DNA from: Candidatus Latescibacterota bacterium
GTDB lineage: Bacteria; Latescibacterota; UBA2968; UBA8231
DNA length: 64,000 bases
Assembly (NCBI GenBank): GCA_965203355.1
Contig: OZ241889.1
Span: 3,328,001 to 3,392,000, forward strand
Direction: 5' to 3'
Part shown: positions 1 to 9,109 of the stretch, in pieces
Layout of the letters: each line of letters opens with the position of its first letter
How positions within the stretch are numbered: the stretch's first letter is position 1
Made by a program: the position numbers and the translations under genes
The notes under the pieces: model-generated
What the model was told of the DNA's origin: nothing
The model's database searches: none
What the model saw: the letters and a program-made list of their open reading frames with translations, nothing else

Positions 1-1
1 C

Positions 2-832
2 TGGGAAAAGGATCTGGTCGCTGAATTTAACAGCGAAGTGCCCAGGTGGGGCTTTAGCACCTCGCCTTTAGTCGAGGGCAATCTGCTGCTCGTCGAAGCG
101 GGCGGCGTCAATGGCAACTTCCTCGTCGAAATGGTCGTCGATCACCGGGCCGCGGCCACGGTCGTCGCCCTCGACAAGGCCAGCGGCCAAACCGTTTGGA
201 CCGCGCTCGACGACAAAATGGGGTACTCGTCGCCGATCGCCTGTACCGTCAACGGCCAGCGGCAGCTCGTCTTCTTCACCGCGTACTCCCTGATCGGCTT
301 GGCGCCAACCACCGGCCAAACCCTCTGGACCTATCCGTGGCAGACGCGCTACGACGTCAACGCCGCCACCCCGGTTTTCATCCCACCCAACCGCGTCTTT
401 ATCTCCTCGGCCTACGACAAGGGCGCCGCGGTCGTGCAGATTGGCGCGGACGCGGCCATCGAGGAGGTCTGGCGCAACAAAGAAATGCAGAACCAATTCA
501 GCACTTCGGTGTACCTCCAAGACCATCTCTACGGCTTTGACAAAACGATCCTCAAGTGCATCGACGCCCGCACCGGCGCGGAAAAGTGGAAGACCCGGGG
601 CTACGGCAACGGCTCCCTAATCGCGGCCGACGGGCACCTCATCCTGTTGGGCGAAAAAGGCAACCTCGGCCTCGCCCAGGCCTCCCCCGAAGGCTTTGTC
701 GAAAAGGCCAGCTATCCCGCCTTTGACAGCCGCTGCTGGACCGCTCCTTCGCTGGCCAATGGCCGTCTCTACCTGCGCGACGAAAGCGAAATGGTCTGCG
801 TGAACATACACTCAGTGGGAGCGGATCAATGA
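2..832 (+). CDS. PQQ-like/BamB-type beta-propeller repeat protein (5' partial)
   Basis: Frame open from window edge (WEKDLVAEFNSEVPRWGFSTSP); repeated propeller motifs ALDKASGQTVW, GYSSP, CIDARTGAEKW, WTAPSLANGRLYLRD. Confidence 0.85.
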   Translation, partial: WEKDLVAEFNSEVPRWGFSTSPLVEGNLLLVEAGGVNGNFLVEMVVDHRAAATVVALDKASGQTVWTALDDKMGYSSPIACTVNGQRQLVFFTAYSLIGLAPTTGQTLWTYPWQTRYDVNAATPVFIPPNRVFISSAYDKGAAVVQIGADAAIEEVWRNKEMQNQFSTSVYLQDHLYGFDKTILKCIDARTGAEKWKTRGYGNGSLIAADGHLILLGEKGNLGLAQASPEGFVEKASYPAFDSRCWTAPSLANGRLYLRDESEMVCVNIHSVGADQ

Positions 833-2964
833 GCAATTTTCGCGGCATCCTGTTGATTTTTGCCTGGTTGCCAGCTACCCCCCTCGTCCACGCCCAAAGT
901 GCCGACGACTCCCTCCACGTCGTCGACGAAACCATCGTCACCGGCGCGCGGCTGGCCATCCCCCGCGCCAACGCCATCGCCACCAAAATGCCCCTGCCCC
1001 TGCACAAAACGCCCCTAAGCGTCGGCATCGTCCCCCAGGCCCTAATCGAGACCCAAGACGGAGCGACCCTCAGCGACGCCCTGGCCCATGTCAGCGGCGT
1101 CGGCGTCCACACCAACTTTGGCGTCCACGACCTGTTCTACCTGCGCGGCTTCGACTCGCTCGCCAACGGCTTGGTGCTCTCGGACGGAGCACCCGAGCCC
1201 GAAGCTACCTTCTACCAACTCTACAACGTCGAGCGCGTCGAGGTCCTCAAAGGGCCCGGGGCCTTCCTCTACGGCGGCAACCCGCTGTCGGGCACCATCA
1301 ACCTCGTCCGCAAACGGCCCACCCCGGCGCGCGACTTTGCCCGCGTCAACGCCTCAATAGGCCGCTTCTCCACGTACCGCGCCACCCTCGACGCCAGCCG
1401 CGCCCGGCCCGAGCACAATCTCGCTTGGCGTCTCAACGCGCTGTGGCAGGACGCAGCCGGCTACCGCGACGACAAACACAGCGCCATCATCGCCGTAAAC
1501 CCAACGCTGCGGCTGGACCTCGGCGCGCGGGCGACACTACACCTCGACTTTGAGTATTTGACGAGCGAACATCGCTCGGACTCCGGGCTGCCCATCGTCG
1601 CGGGCGCCTTGCCCGAGGTGCCGCGCACCCGTTCATACCAATCGCCCTTTGATATTTCCGAGCAGACCATCCTGCGCTTTCGCGCCGACTATGAATGGCA
1701 TTTAGGGCCCCATTTCACTTTGCGCGACAAACTCTACTACACCAGCCTCGACTGGCCCTCGCAGGGCACCCTGTTCAACGGAGTTTTTCCCACCGCGGCC
1801 GGTTCGCTTAACCTCGCCCGTACCCTGCTCGACCTCGACGACCAGCAGTGGATCGTCGGCAACCAACTCGAGGGCCTCCTAAAACTTCAAACCGGCGATA
1901 TTGAACACCAGTTGCTCTTTGGCCTAGAGGTCGCCAACCACGCCGACGACTTCACCCTAAACGTGGCCTTGCTTTCGCAGGTCGATCTGTTCACTCTCGA
2001 CGCAACGTTGCCCCCGAGTCTGGCCTCCTTCATGCCAGCCGCCGCCGGGACCGATTCCCTTTTGGTCCCCCTGCCCGACCAAGCCACCGCCGCCCAAGCC
2101 GCCGCGCAAACATGGGCGCCGTACTTTGTCGATCGCCTAATTTTCAGCCCCCACTTTGAGCTGTTGCTCGGGGGCCGCTTTGACAGGATCCACTACGAGG
2201 ACGATTTCACCGCCACCCAGCGCGATTACCGCCAGTTAAGTCCGCTGATCGGGGCCACTTTCGCGCCCACTCAGGCCCTCTCGCTCTACGCCAATGCGGG
2301 CCGCGCTTTTGCCCCGCCTTCCTCCCAAGTCGCTGGCGACCGCCAACCCGAAGAAAGCACCCAGCGCGAAATCGGCGCCAAAGCCGCGCTGCTCAACGGC
2401 CAACTCACCGCCAACCTCGCCCTCTTCAGCCTCGACAAAGAGCACATCGCCATCCCCGACGATAATGGAGTCACCCGGCAGCTCGGCAACCAGCGTGCCC
2501 GGGGCCTAGAGGTGGAACTGGCCGCGCGGCTGGCCCAAGGCTGGTACGCCCAAGGCACCTACGCCTTTTTAGACGCCGAGCTGACGCACTTCAACGAATC
2601 GGTGTTGGTCCCCACCGCCGATGGCTTGGTCCCCCAGGTCTTTGACCGCACCGGCAAGGTGCCGGCCTTCGCGCCCGAACACCTTTTGACGCTGTGGGCC
2701 GCCCGCGACCTAGGCGCGAACCTCACCTTGGCGGCCGGCATCCGCTACGTCGGTAGCCAGTTCGTGGCCGAGGACAATGTCTATGCGATCGACCGGGTGC
2801 TGACGCTCGACTGCGGGCTGACCTATCGGCGAGGTCCCGGGCGGCTGCGGATAAATCTCAAGAACGCGACCAACAGCGAATACGAGACCCGCGGCTTCGG
2901 GGCCACTTCGGTCATCCCGGCGGCCCCTTTCTCCTTTAAGGCGTCCCTAGGGTATTCGCTGTGA
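829..2964 (+). CDS. TonB-dependent outer-membrane receptor (siderophore-receptor-like)
   Basis: Signal peptide, TonB box-like ETIVTG, plug motif NVERVEVLKGPGAFLYG, C-terminal beta-strand; ATGA overlap with upstream gene. Confidence 0.92.
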   Translation: MSNFRGILLIFAWLPATPLVHAQSADDSLHVVDETIVTGARLAIPRANAIATKMPLPLHKTPLSVGIVPQALIETQDGATLSDALAHVSGVGVHTNFGVHDLFYLRGFDSLANGLVLSDGAPEPEATFYQLYNVERVEVLKGPGAFLYGGNPLSGTINLVRKRPTPARDFARVNASIGRFSTYRATLDASRARPEHNLAWRLNALWQDAAGYRDDKHSAIIAVNPTLRLDLGARATLHLDFEYLTSEHRSDSGLPIVAGALPEVPRTRSYQSPFDISEQTILRFRADYEWHLGPHFTLRDKLYYTSLDWPSQGTLFNGVFPTAAGSLNLARTLLDLDDQQWIVGNQLEGLLKLQTGDIEHQLLFGLEVANHADDFTLNVALLSQVDLFTLDATLPPSLASFMPAAAGTDSLLVPLPDQATAAQAAAQTWAPYFVDRLIFSPHFELLLGGRFDRIHYEDDFTATQRDYRQLSPLIGATFAPTQALSLYANAGRAFAPPSSQVAGDRQPEESTQREIGAKAALLNGQLTANLALFSLDKEHIAIPDDNGVTRQLGNQRARGLEVELAARLAQGWYAQGTYAFLDAELTHFNESVLVPTADGLVPQVFDRTGKVPAFAPEHLLTLWAARDLGANLTLAAGIRYVGSQFVAEDNVYAIDRVLTLDCGLTYRRGPGRLRINLKNATNSEYETRGFGATSVIPAAPFSFKASLGYSL

Positions 2965-4238
2965 GCCACGGCGAACATCTCAGCCGCGACGCGCTGGCCG
3001 AGCACCAACTTCAACGGCTGCACACCCTGCTGGGCCAAGTGCTGGAGACGAACCCATTTTACCGCCAGAAGCTCAACGCGGCCGGGATCGCCCAGGCCGA
3101 GGACATCGCCGATCTGGACGACTTGGCCCGCCTTCCCTTTACCACCCGCGCCGAGCTTTCGGCCAACCAAGTCGCGCATCCGCCCTACGGCACGAACCTC
3201 ACCTATCCGCCCCAATGCTACACCCGCATCCACCAAACGTCCGGCACCACCGGCCAGCGTTTGCGCTGGCTCGATACGGCCGCAAGCTGGGGCTGGTGGG
3301 GGCGCTGCTGGGCGCAAGTCTATCGCGCCGTTGGCGTCAGCGGCCGGGACCGCATTTTTTTCGCGTTCTCGTTTGGCCCGTTCATCGGCTTCTGGAGCGG
3401 ACACCAAGGAGCCAGCCACCTTGGCGCCTTGATCGTCCCGGGCGGTGGCATGTCGTCGGCGCAGCGTCTAGACGCCATCGTCGAAAACGAAATCACCGTC
3501 CTCGTTTGTACCCCGACGTATGCCTTGCACTTGGGCGAAGTGGCCCGCGCGCGCGGCCTCGATCTGGCCGCAAGCAGCGTACACACGACCATCCACGCGG
3601 GCGAGCCGGGCGCGAACCTCCCGGCTACCCGCGCCCAACTCGAGCGCATTTGGGGGGCCCGCTGTGCCGACCACGCCGGAGCCACCGAAGTCGGCGCTTG
3701 GGGTTTTGACTGCCGCGAACAGGCCGGCCTGCACCTCAACGAGCGCGAGTTCATCTGCGAGATCGTCGATCCGCAAAGCGGCGCACCGGCCGACGAGGGC
3801 GAGCTGGTCATCACCAATCTCGGCCGCCCGGGGATGCCCGTCATCCGCTACCGCACCGGCGACCGCGTCGCCCGCAATCGCACGCCCTGTGCTTGTGGCC
3901 GCACCTTTCAACGGCTGCGCGGCGGCGTCATCGGTCGCCTCGACGATGCCCTGCTCATCCGCGGCGTGGTCGTCTATCCCAGTGCCATTGAAAACGTCGT
4001 GCGCCAGTTCCCGGCCGTCGCCGAATTTGCCGTTGACATCTATCGGCGCAAAGCACTCGACGAGTTGGAGGTGCGCCTAGAACTCAACGGCCAGGCCAAC
4101 GACACCGCCGACCAAGTGGCACGCGCCCTCGCCCACCGGCTGGGGCTGCGCGCCGACATCCAAATGGCCGCGCCGAACACCTTGCCGCGCTTTGAACTCA
4201 AAGCCCGGCGCTTCACCGATCACCGGAGCAAATCGTGA
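2961..4238 (+). CDS. Phenylacetate-CoA ligase (PaaK-like) family AMP-dependent ligase
   Basis: P-loop TSGTTG, LPFTTR, TPTYALHL, GEPG, HAGATE, RYRTGD, GRLDD. Confidence 0.9.
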   Translation: MSHGEHLSRDALAEHQLQRLHTLLGQVLETNPFYRQKLNAAGIAQAEDIADLDDLARLPFTTRAELSANQVAHPPYGTNLTYPPQCYTRIHQTSGTTGQRLRWLDTAASWGWWGRCWAQVYRAVGVSGRDRIFFAFSFGPFIGFWSGHQGASHLGALIVPGGGMSSAQRLDAIVENEITVLVCTPTYALHLGEVARARGLDLAASSVHTTIHAGEPGANLPATRAQLERIWGARCADHAGATEVGAWGFDCREQAGLHLNEREFICEIVDPQSGAPADEGELVITNLGRPGMPVIRYRTGDRVARNRTPCACGRTFQRLRGGVIGRLDDALLIRGVVVYPSAIENVVRQFPAVAEFAVDIYRRKALDELEVRLELNGQANDTADQVARALAHRLGLRADIQMAAPNTLPRFELKARRFTDHRSKS

Positions 4239-5491
4239 GCGACGTCATCGTCATCGGCGGCGGCCCGGCGGGCAGTACCGTAGCGGCCCTCGTCGCCGCC
4301 ACCGGCCGCTCAGTCCAGATCTTCGAGCGGGCGCAGTTCCCCCGCTTCGCCATCGGCGAGTCGCTCATGCCAGCGACCTACTGGACGTTCAAACGGCTCG
4401 GGGTGCTCGACCAACTCAGAGACAGCGCCTTCCCCCGCAAACACAGCGTGCAGTTTTTCGGCCCGTCCGGGCGCGGCTCAACGCCCTTTTACTTTTCCGC
4501 CACCAATCCCCACGAGAGCGCGGTAACTTGGCAGGTCTTGCGCGGCCCATTCGACGAGATGCTCCTCGACAACGCCCGCGCCAAAGGGGCCCAAGTGCAT
4601 CAAGGGGCCCGCGTTCTCAAAGTGCTATTCGCCGGCGATCGCGCCCTGGGCGTACGCGCCCAACTCGCCAACGGCCAAACGCGCGATTTTACGGCACAAG
4701 TAGTAGTAGATGCCACCGGCCAGAGTGCGCTGCTGGGCCGCAAGCTCAAGCTGACCCAGCCCGAGCCTGCGCTGAAAAAAGCCTCGATCTACACCCACTA
4801 TCGCGGCGGCCAGCGCGACGAAGGCATGGACGCGGGCGCGACCTTGATCCTCCACACCGAGCAGCGGGATTCCTGGTTCTGGTACATTCCCCTGCCCGAC
4901 GACCGAGTCAGCGTCGGCGTGGTCGGCGCGATTTCCTATTTGGTTCAAGGCCGCCGCGAAAACGCCCAAGCTATCTTCGAGCAAGAGTTGGCCAAGTGCC
5001 GCCCCATGCAGGCGCGCTTGCAACGCGCCGAACCACTCTTTCCGGTCAAAACCACCAAGGACTTCTCCTATCGCGCCAACCGCATCGCCGGCCAAGGCTG
5101 GGTGCTAGTCGGCGATGCGTTCTGTTTTCTCGACCCGATGTACTCTTCGGGCGTGTACCTAGCCCTCAAGTCCGGCGAAATGGCGGCCGACGCCATTGCC
5201 GCGGCTTTTGCCAAAGGCGACTTTTCGGCCGCGCAGTTGGGCGGTTTCGGTCCCGAGCTGGTGCGCGGCATGGAGGCGGTGCGCAAAATGGTGTACGCCT
5301 TCTACGCCAAGGACTTCAGCTTCGCCGAATTCCTCAAGCGCCATCCCGAATGCAAACAGGGGGTCATCGACGTACTCAGCGGCAACCTCTTTAGCGCGCG
5401 CGTCGAGTCCATTTTCGGGCCGATGAGCGAGGTGTGCCCGATGCCGGCCGCGGTCCCCTTAACCCTACAACCTTCAGGAGCGACCCCATGA
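4235..5491 (+). CDS. Flavin-dependent halogenase family protein (CmlS/CndH/PltA-like)
   Basis: GGGPAG FAD motif, FPRFAIGESL, Lys in FPRKH, WFWYIP (WxWxIP), GDAFCFLDPMYSSGV. Confidence 0.82.
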   Translation: MSDVIVIGGGPAGSTVAALVAATGRSVQIFERAQFPRFAIGESLMPATYWTFKRLGVLDQLRDSAFPRKHSVQFFGPSGRGSTPFYFSATNPHESAVTWQVLRGPFDEMLLDNARAKGAQVHQGARVLKVLFAGDRALGVRAQLANGQTRDFTAQVVVDATGQSALLGRKLKLTQPEPALKKASIYTHYRGGQRDEGMDAGATLILHTEQRDSWFWYIPLPDDRVSVGVVGAISYLVQGRRENAQAIFEQELAKCRPMQARLQRAEPLFPVKTTKDFSYRANRIAGQGWVLVGDAFCFLDPMYSSGVYLALKSGEMAADAIAAAFAKGDFSAAQLGGFGPELVRGMEAVRKMVYAFYAKDFSFAEFLKRHPECKQGVIDVLSGNLFSARVESIFGPMSEVCPMPAAVPLTLQPSGATP

Positions 5492-5715
5492 ACGCCACCG
5501 GCCGCCGACTCCTCTACTTGGGGCTTCTGGTCCTCTATTTCCTGCACAATGATCTCTGGCTCTGGGACGATCCGCGCATCGTCTGGGGGCTGCCCATCGG
5601 CTTGCTCTATCACATCGGCTTCTGCTTGGCCGCGACCGGGCTGATGGTCTTGCTGGTCAACTACGCTTGGCCGTCCGAGCTGGACGCCGAGAGCGAGGAG
5701 CAGCAATCGGCATGA
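5488..5715 (+). CDS. Small two-TM protein (DUF3311-like), symporter accessory subunit
   Basis: ATG at 5488 overlaps halogenase stop; LHNDLWLW..GLPIGLLYH pattern; directly precedes SSS gene. Confidence 0.78.
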   Translation: MNATGRRLLYLGLLVLYFLHNDLWLWDDPRIVWGLPIGLLYHIGFCLAATGLMVLLVNYAWPSELDAESEEQQSA

Positions 5716-7166
5716 CTACAATCATCATCTTCTGCTACCTAGGCCTAGTACTCGGCATCGGCGTCCTCTCCAATCGCTTCTTTCGCGGCACCGGCGAGGA
5801 CTACTTCGTCGCCAGTCGCTCCATTGGCCCTTTCCTATTGCTGATGTCGCTGTTTGGCACCAACATGACCGCATTCGCCATTTTGGGCGCCTCCGGCGAA
5901 GCCTATCACGCCGGGATTGGCGTCTTCGCCCTGATGCCTTCAGGGGCCGCCCTGATCATCCCGGCGGTCTTTTTCTTCATTGGTACGCGCGTCTGGGCAC
6001 TCGGCAAACGCCACAACTTGCTCACGCAGGTCCAGTACTTTCGCCGCCGCTGGGAATCCGACGACTTGGGCCTGCTGCTCTTCGCGGTCATGATCGCGCT
6101 GCTGATTCCCTACCTGCTCATCGGCGTCATGGGCGGCGGCCTCACGCTCGCTCAAATTACCAAGGGGCAGATCCCCCAGTGGGTCGGCGGCCTGTTGATC
6201 TGCTTGGTGGTGCTGACCTACGTCAGTTTCGGCGGCATGAGGAGCACCGCTTGGGCCAACGCCTTTCAAACCCTAATTTTTATGATCCTCGGCGGCGCGA
6301 CCTTCTTCGTCATCGTCGATAAGTTAGGTGGGTTGGGCAGCGCACTCGCGCAAGTCGCCGCCGCGCACCCCGAGCTGCTGATCAGAGGCGACCTTGTCAG
6401 TCCGCTCAAACTGTTGACCTATACCTGCATCCCCCTGTCGGTCGGCATGTTCCCCCACCTTTTCACCCACTGGCTCACCGCCCAAAGTGCCCGCACCTTT
6501 CGCTATCCCCTAATGCTGTACCCGCTGTGCATAGCCATCGTCTGGATTCCCAGCGTGTTGTTGGGGATCTTCGGCACGATTGACTTTCCCGGCCTCAAGG
6601 GCGCGGCCGCCAACTCGGTGCTGGTCAAGATGATCGACCTACACGCCCCGAATGCGCTGGCCGGCTTGCTGGCCGCCGGGGTCTTTGCCGCCATCATGTC
6701 CTCGCTCGACTCGCAGGTGCTGTCTATCAGCAACATGTTCACCCAAGACATCGTCCGCCACTATCGCAAGGGCGAAGAGTTGAGCGAAAAGGCCCAAGTC
6801 CTGTGGGGTCGCCTCTTCGTGGCGGCCGTCTTAGCCGTTACCTACGTGCTGTCGCTGATCTCGGCCCGCAGCATCTTCTCCCTCGCCATCTGGTCTTTCA
6901 CCGGCTTTGCCGCGCTCTTTCCGGTGATCGTCGCCGCCCTGTTCTGGAAGCGCAGCACCCAGTACGGCGCCTTTGCCTCGGTGCTCACGGTGGCCGTGCT
7001 GTGGTGCTATTTCTTCTTTCAGGGGTGGAAAATTCCCGGCTATACCGTCGGCATGACCGGGGTGATGCCGGTGGTGGTGATCCTAGCGGCTTCTACCGCC
7101 GCCATGATCGTCGGCTCGCTGCTGACCAAGCCACCCGCCAAAAGCACCGTCGATACCTTTTTCTAG
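5712..7166 (+). CDS. Sodium:solute symporter family protein
   Basis: EDYFVASRSIG, GGMRSTAW, AAIMSSLDSQ motifs; many TM segments; ATG at 5712 overlaps previous stop. Confidence 0.93.
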   Translation: MTTIIIFCYLGLVLGIGVLSNRFFRGTGEDYFVASRSIGPFLLLMSLFGTNMTAFAILGASGEAYHAGIGVFALMPSGAALIIPAVFFFIGTRVWALGKRHNLLTQVQYFRRRWESDDLGLLLFAVMIALLIPYLLIGVMGGGLTLAQITKGQIPQWVGGLLICLVVLTYVSFGGMRSTAWANAFQTLIFMILGGATFFVIVDKLGGLGSALAQVAAAHPELLIRGDLVSPLKLLTYTCIPLSVGMFPHLFTHWLTAQSARTFRYPLMLYPLCIAIVWIPSVLLGIFGTIDFPGLKGAAANSVLVKMIDLHAPNALAGLLAAGVFAAIMSSLDSQVLSISNMFTQDIVRHYRKGEELSEKAQVLWGRLFVAAVLAVTYVLSLISARSIFSLAIWSFTGFAALFPVIVAALFWKRSTQYGAFASVLTVAVLWCYFFFQGWKIPGYTVGMTGVMPVVVILAASTAAMIVGSLLTKPPAKSTVDTFF

Positions 7167-7168
7167 CA

Positions 7169-8473
7169 ATGCGTGTCGCCTACATCACGGCTGGTGCCGC
7201 CAGCATGTACTGCGGCAGCTGCATCCACGACAACGCGCTCGCCGCCGCCCTAACGCGCCGCAACGCCGAGGTCGCCCTGATCCCGACCTACACCCCGCTG
7301 CGCACGGACGAGGAAAACGTTGCGCTGGACCGCGTCTTCTACGGCGGCGTCAGCATCTTCCTGCAACAGCAGTGGTCGTTTTTTCGCCGCACGCACCGCC
7401 TCTTTGACCGCGTGCTCGACTCGCCGCTGCTGATCCGCCTGCTCGCGCGCTTTGGCTCGGCTACCAACGCCCGCGACTTAGGGCCGCTCACCGTCTCCAT
7501 CCTCGCCGGCGAAGCGGGCAACCAACAAAAGGAACTCGCCCGCCTCATCGCCTATCTCCAGCGCGACTTCAAACCCGACCTCATCCAGCTAACCAACGCC
7601 CTGTTCGTCGGCATGGCCCGCCAATTAAAAGCACAACTCAGCGTCCCGGTCCTCTGCGCCCTCCAAGGCGAGGACCTGTTCTTAGACGGCCTAGTTGAAC
7701 CCTACAAGACCCAGGCCCTCGACATCCTGCGCCAGCGCGCCCAAGACATCGACGCCTTCATCGCTCCGTGTGCGTATTACCAAGATCACATGGCCGAATA
7801 TCTACAAGTGCCGCGCGGCAAAATCCACGTGGTGCCGCTCGGCCTCAATCTAAGCGGCCACGGCCAAGCACCCGGGCCGGCCGACAGCCCCTATAAAATC
7901 GGCTACCTCGCCCGCATCTGCCCGGAAAAGGGCTTTCACCTGCTCGTCGATGCCTTCCGACAACTAAAAGAACAACCCGAATTTGCCTCCCTGCGCCTCG
8001 AAGCGGCTGGCTACCTCAGCGCGTACGACAAGCCTTACTTCGCCGAGCAAGTGCAAAAAATCCGCCGCTGGGGGCTAGCCGACTCGTTCACCTACCACGG
8101 CGAGGTCGATCGCCGCGAAAAAATTCGCTTCCTCTGTTCGCTACACGTCTTTTCGGTACCTTCGGTTTACCCCGATCCCAAAGGGCTGTCTATCCTCGAA
8201 GCCCTAGCCAACGGCACTCCGGTCGTCCAACCTAACCACGGCGCGTTCCCCGAGCTGATCGCATCCACTGGCGGCGGTATCCTCGTCGACCCCCATTCCC
8301 CGGCGAGCCTAGCCAACGAACTGGCCGCCTTGCTGCGCGACAAAAAGCGGCGATGCCAACTCGGACAAACCGGCCAAGCGGCGGTCCACAGTCGCCGCCA
8401 CGCCGACGCCATGGCCGCGGCGACGCTCGCCGTGTACCGGTTCAGTTTGACTCAATGCGAGGGCAGCAAATAA
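7169..8473 (+). CDS. Glycosyltransferase family 4 (GT-B)
   Basis: MRVAYITAGAASMYCGSC start, ARICPEKG, KGLSILEALANGTPVV. Confidence 0.88.
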   Translation: MRVAYITAGAASMYCGSCIHDNALAAALTRRNAEVALIPTYTPLRTDEENVALDRVFYGGVSIFLQQQWSFFRRTHRLFDRVLDSPLLIRLLARFGSATNARDLGPLTVSILAGEAGNQQKELARLIAYLQRDFKPDLIQLTNALFVGMARQLKAQLSVPVLCALQGEDLFLDGLVEPYKTQALDILRQRAQDIDAFIAPCAYYQDHMAEYLQVPRGKIHVVPLGLNLSGHGQAPGPADSPYKIGYLARICPEKGFHLLVDAFRQLKEQPEFASLRLEAAGYLSAYDKPYFAEQVQKIRRWGLADSFTYHGEVDRREKIRFLCSLHVFSVPSVYPDPKGLSILEALANGTPVVQPNHGAFPELIASTGGGILVDPHSPASLANELAALLRDKKRRCQLGQTGQAAVHSRRHADAMAAATLAVYRFSLTQCEGSK

Positions 8474-8485
8474 ACGCGGGGGATT

Positions 8486-8514
8486 TTGACAAATTTACGA
8501 TTCAATCGTAAATT
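8486..8514 (+). promoter_or_regulatory. Sigma70-type promoter (TTGACA-N17-TAAATT) overlapped by 23-bp palindrome AATTTACGATT-C-AATCGTAAATT
   Basis: TTGACA 8486-8491, TAAATT 8509-8514, perfect 11-bp arms at 8492-8502 and 8504-8514; ATG at 8521. Confidence 0.7.
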
Positions 8515-8520
8515 CGCCAC

Positions 8521-9062
8521 ATGATCAAGCGAACCCTACAACAGTATCTTTTGCGCGATGCCCGCTTGTACCCGGTACTCACCCTCACCGGCCCACGCCA
8601 AGCTGGCAAGACGACTTTCTGCTACCGCCACATCACCGCAACTTCAGCAAGCGGCTGATCAAAAGTCCCAAGCTGTACTTCTACGACACCGGCCTCGCCT
8701 GTTATTTGCTGGGCATAAAAGACCCCCAAGTGCTGCCCACCCATCCGTTGCGCGGCGCCCTTTTTGAAAATTATCAAGTCGCCGAGGTCGCCAAAGCCTT
8801 CTACCACCATCGCCAGCAGCCCCCGCTGTATTTTTGGCGCGACCGCACCGGCCACGAGGTCGATCTACTGGTGGAACAGGGATCGGCGCTCTACCCGATT
8901 GAGATCAAGTCTGGACAAACGGTCAGTTCGGATGCGTTCACGGCCCTTGCTTGGTGGAGCCGCACGGCCGGACAGGACCTGGCGAATGCTTCGCTGATCT
9001 ACGGCGGCGACCGCGCACACCGGCAGAGCCGAGTGGCGGTGCGGCCGTGGTTTGCCGTTTGA
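8521..9062 (+). pseudogene. AAA+ ATPase / DUF4143 family gene with large internal deletion and frameshift
   Basis: N-term MIKRTL...LTGPRQAGKTT (Walker A) joined near 8615, out of frame, to C-term FLLPPHHRNFSKRLIKSPKLYFYDTGL...HEVDLL..PIEIKSG. Confidence 0.85.
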
Positions 9063-9109
9063 ACGGGATCACACGTTGGGGTTGGGGGTTGCGTCAACCT
9101 GCGGTCGTG

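Noticed and set aside
4192-5394. 400-aa alternative-frame ORF over the halogenase
   Set aside because: Arg-rich off-frame ORF with no recognisable motifs.
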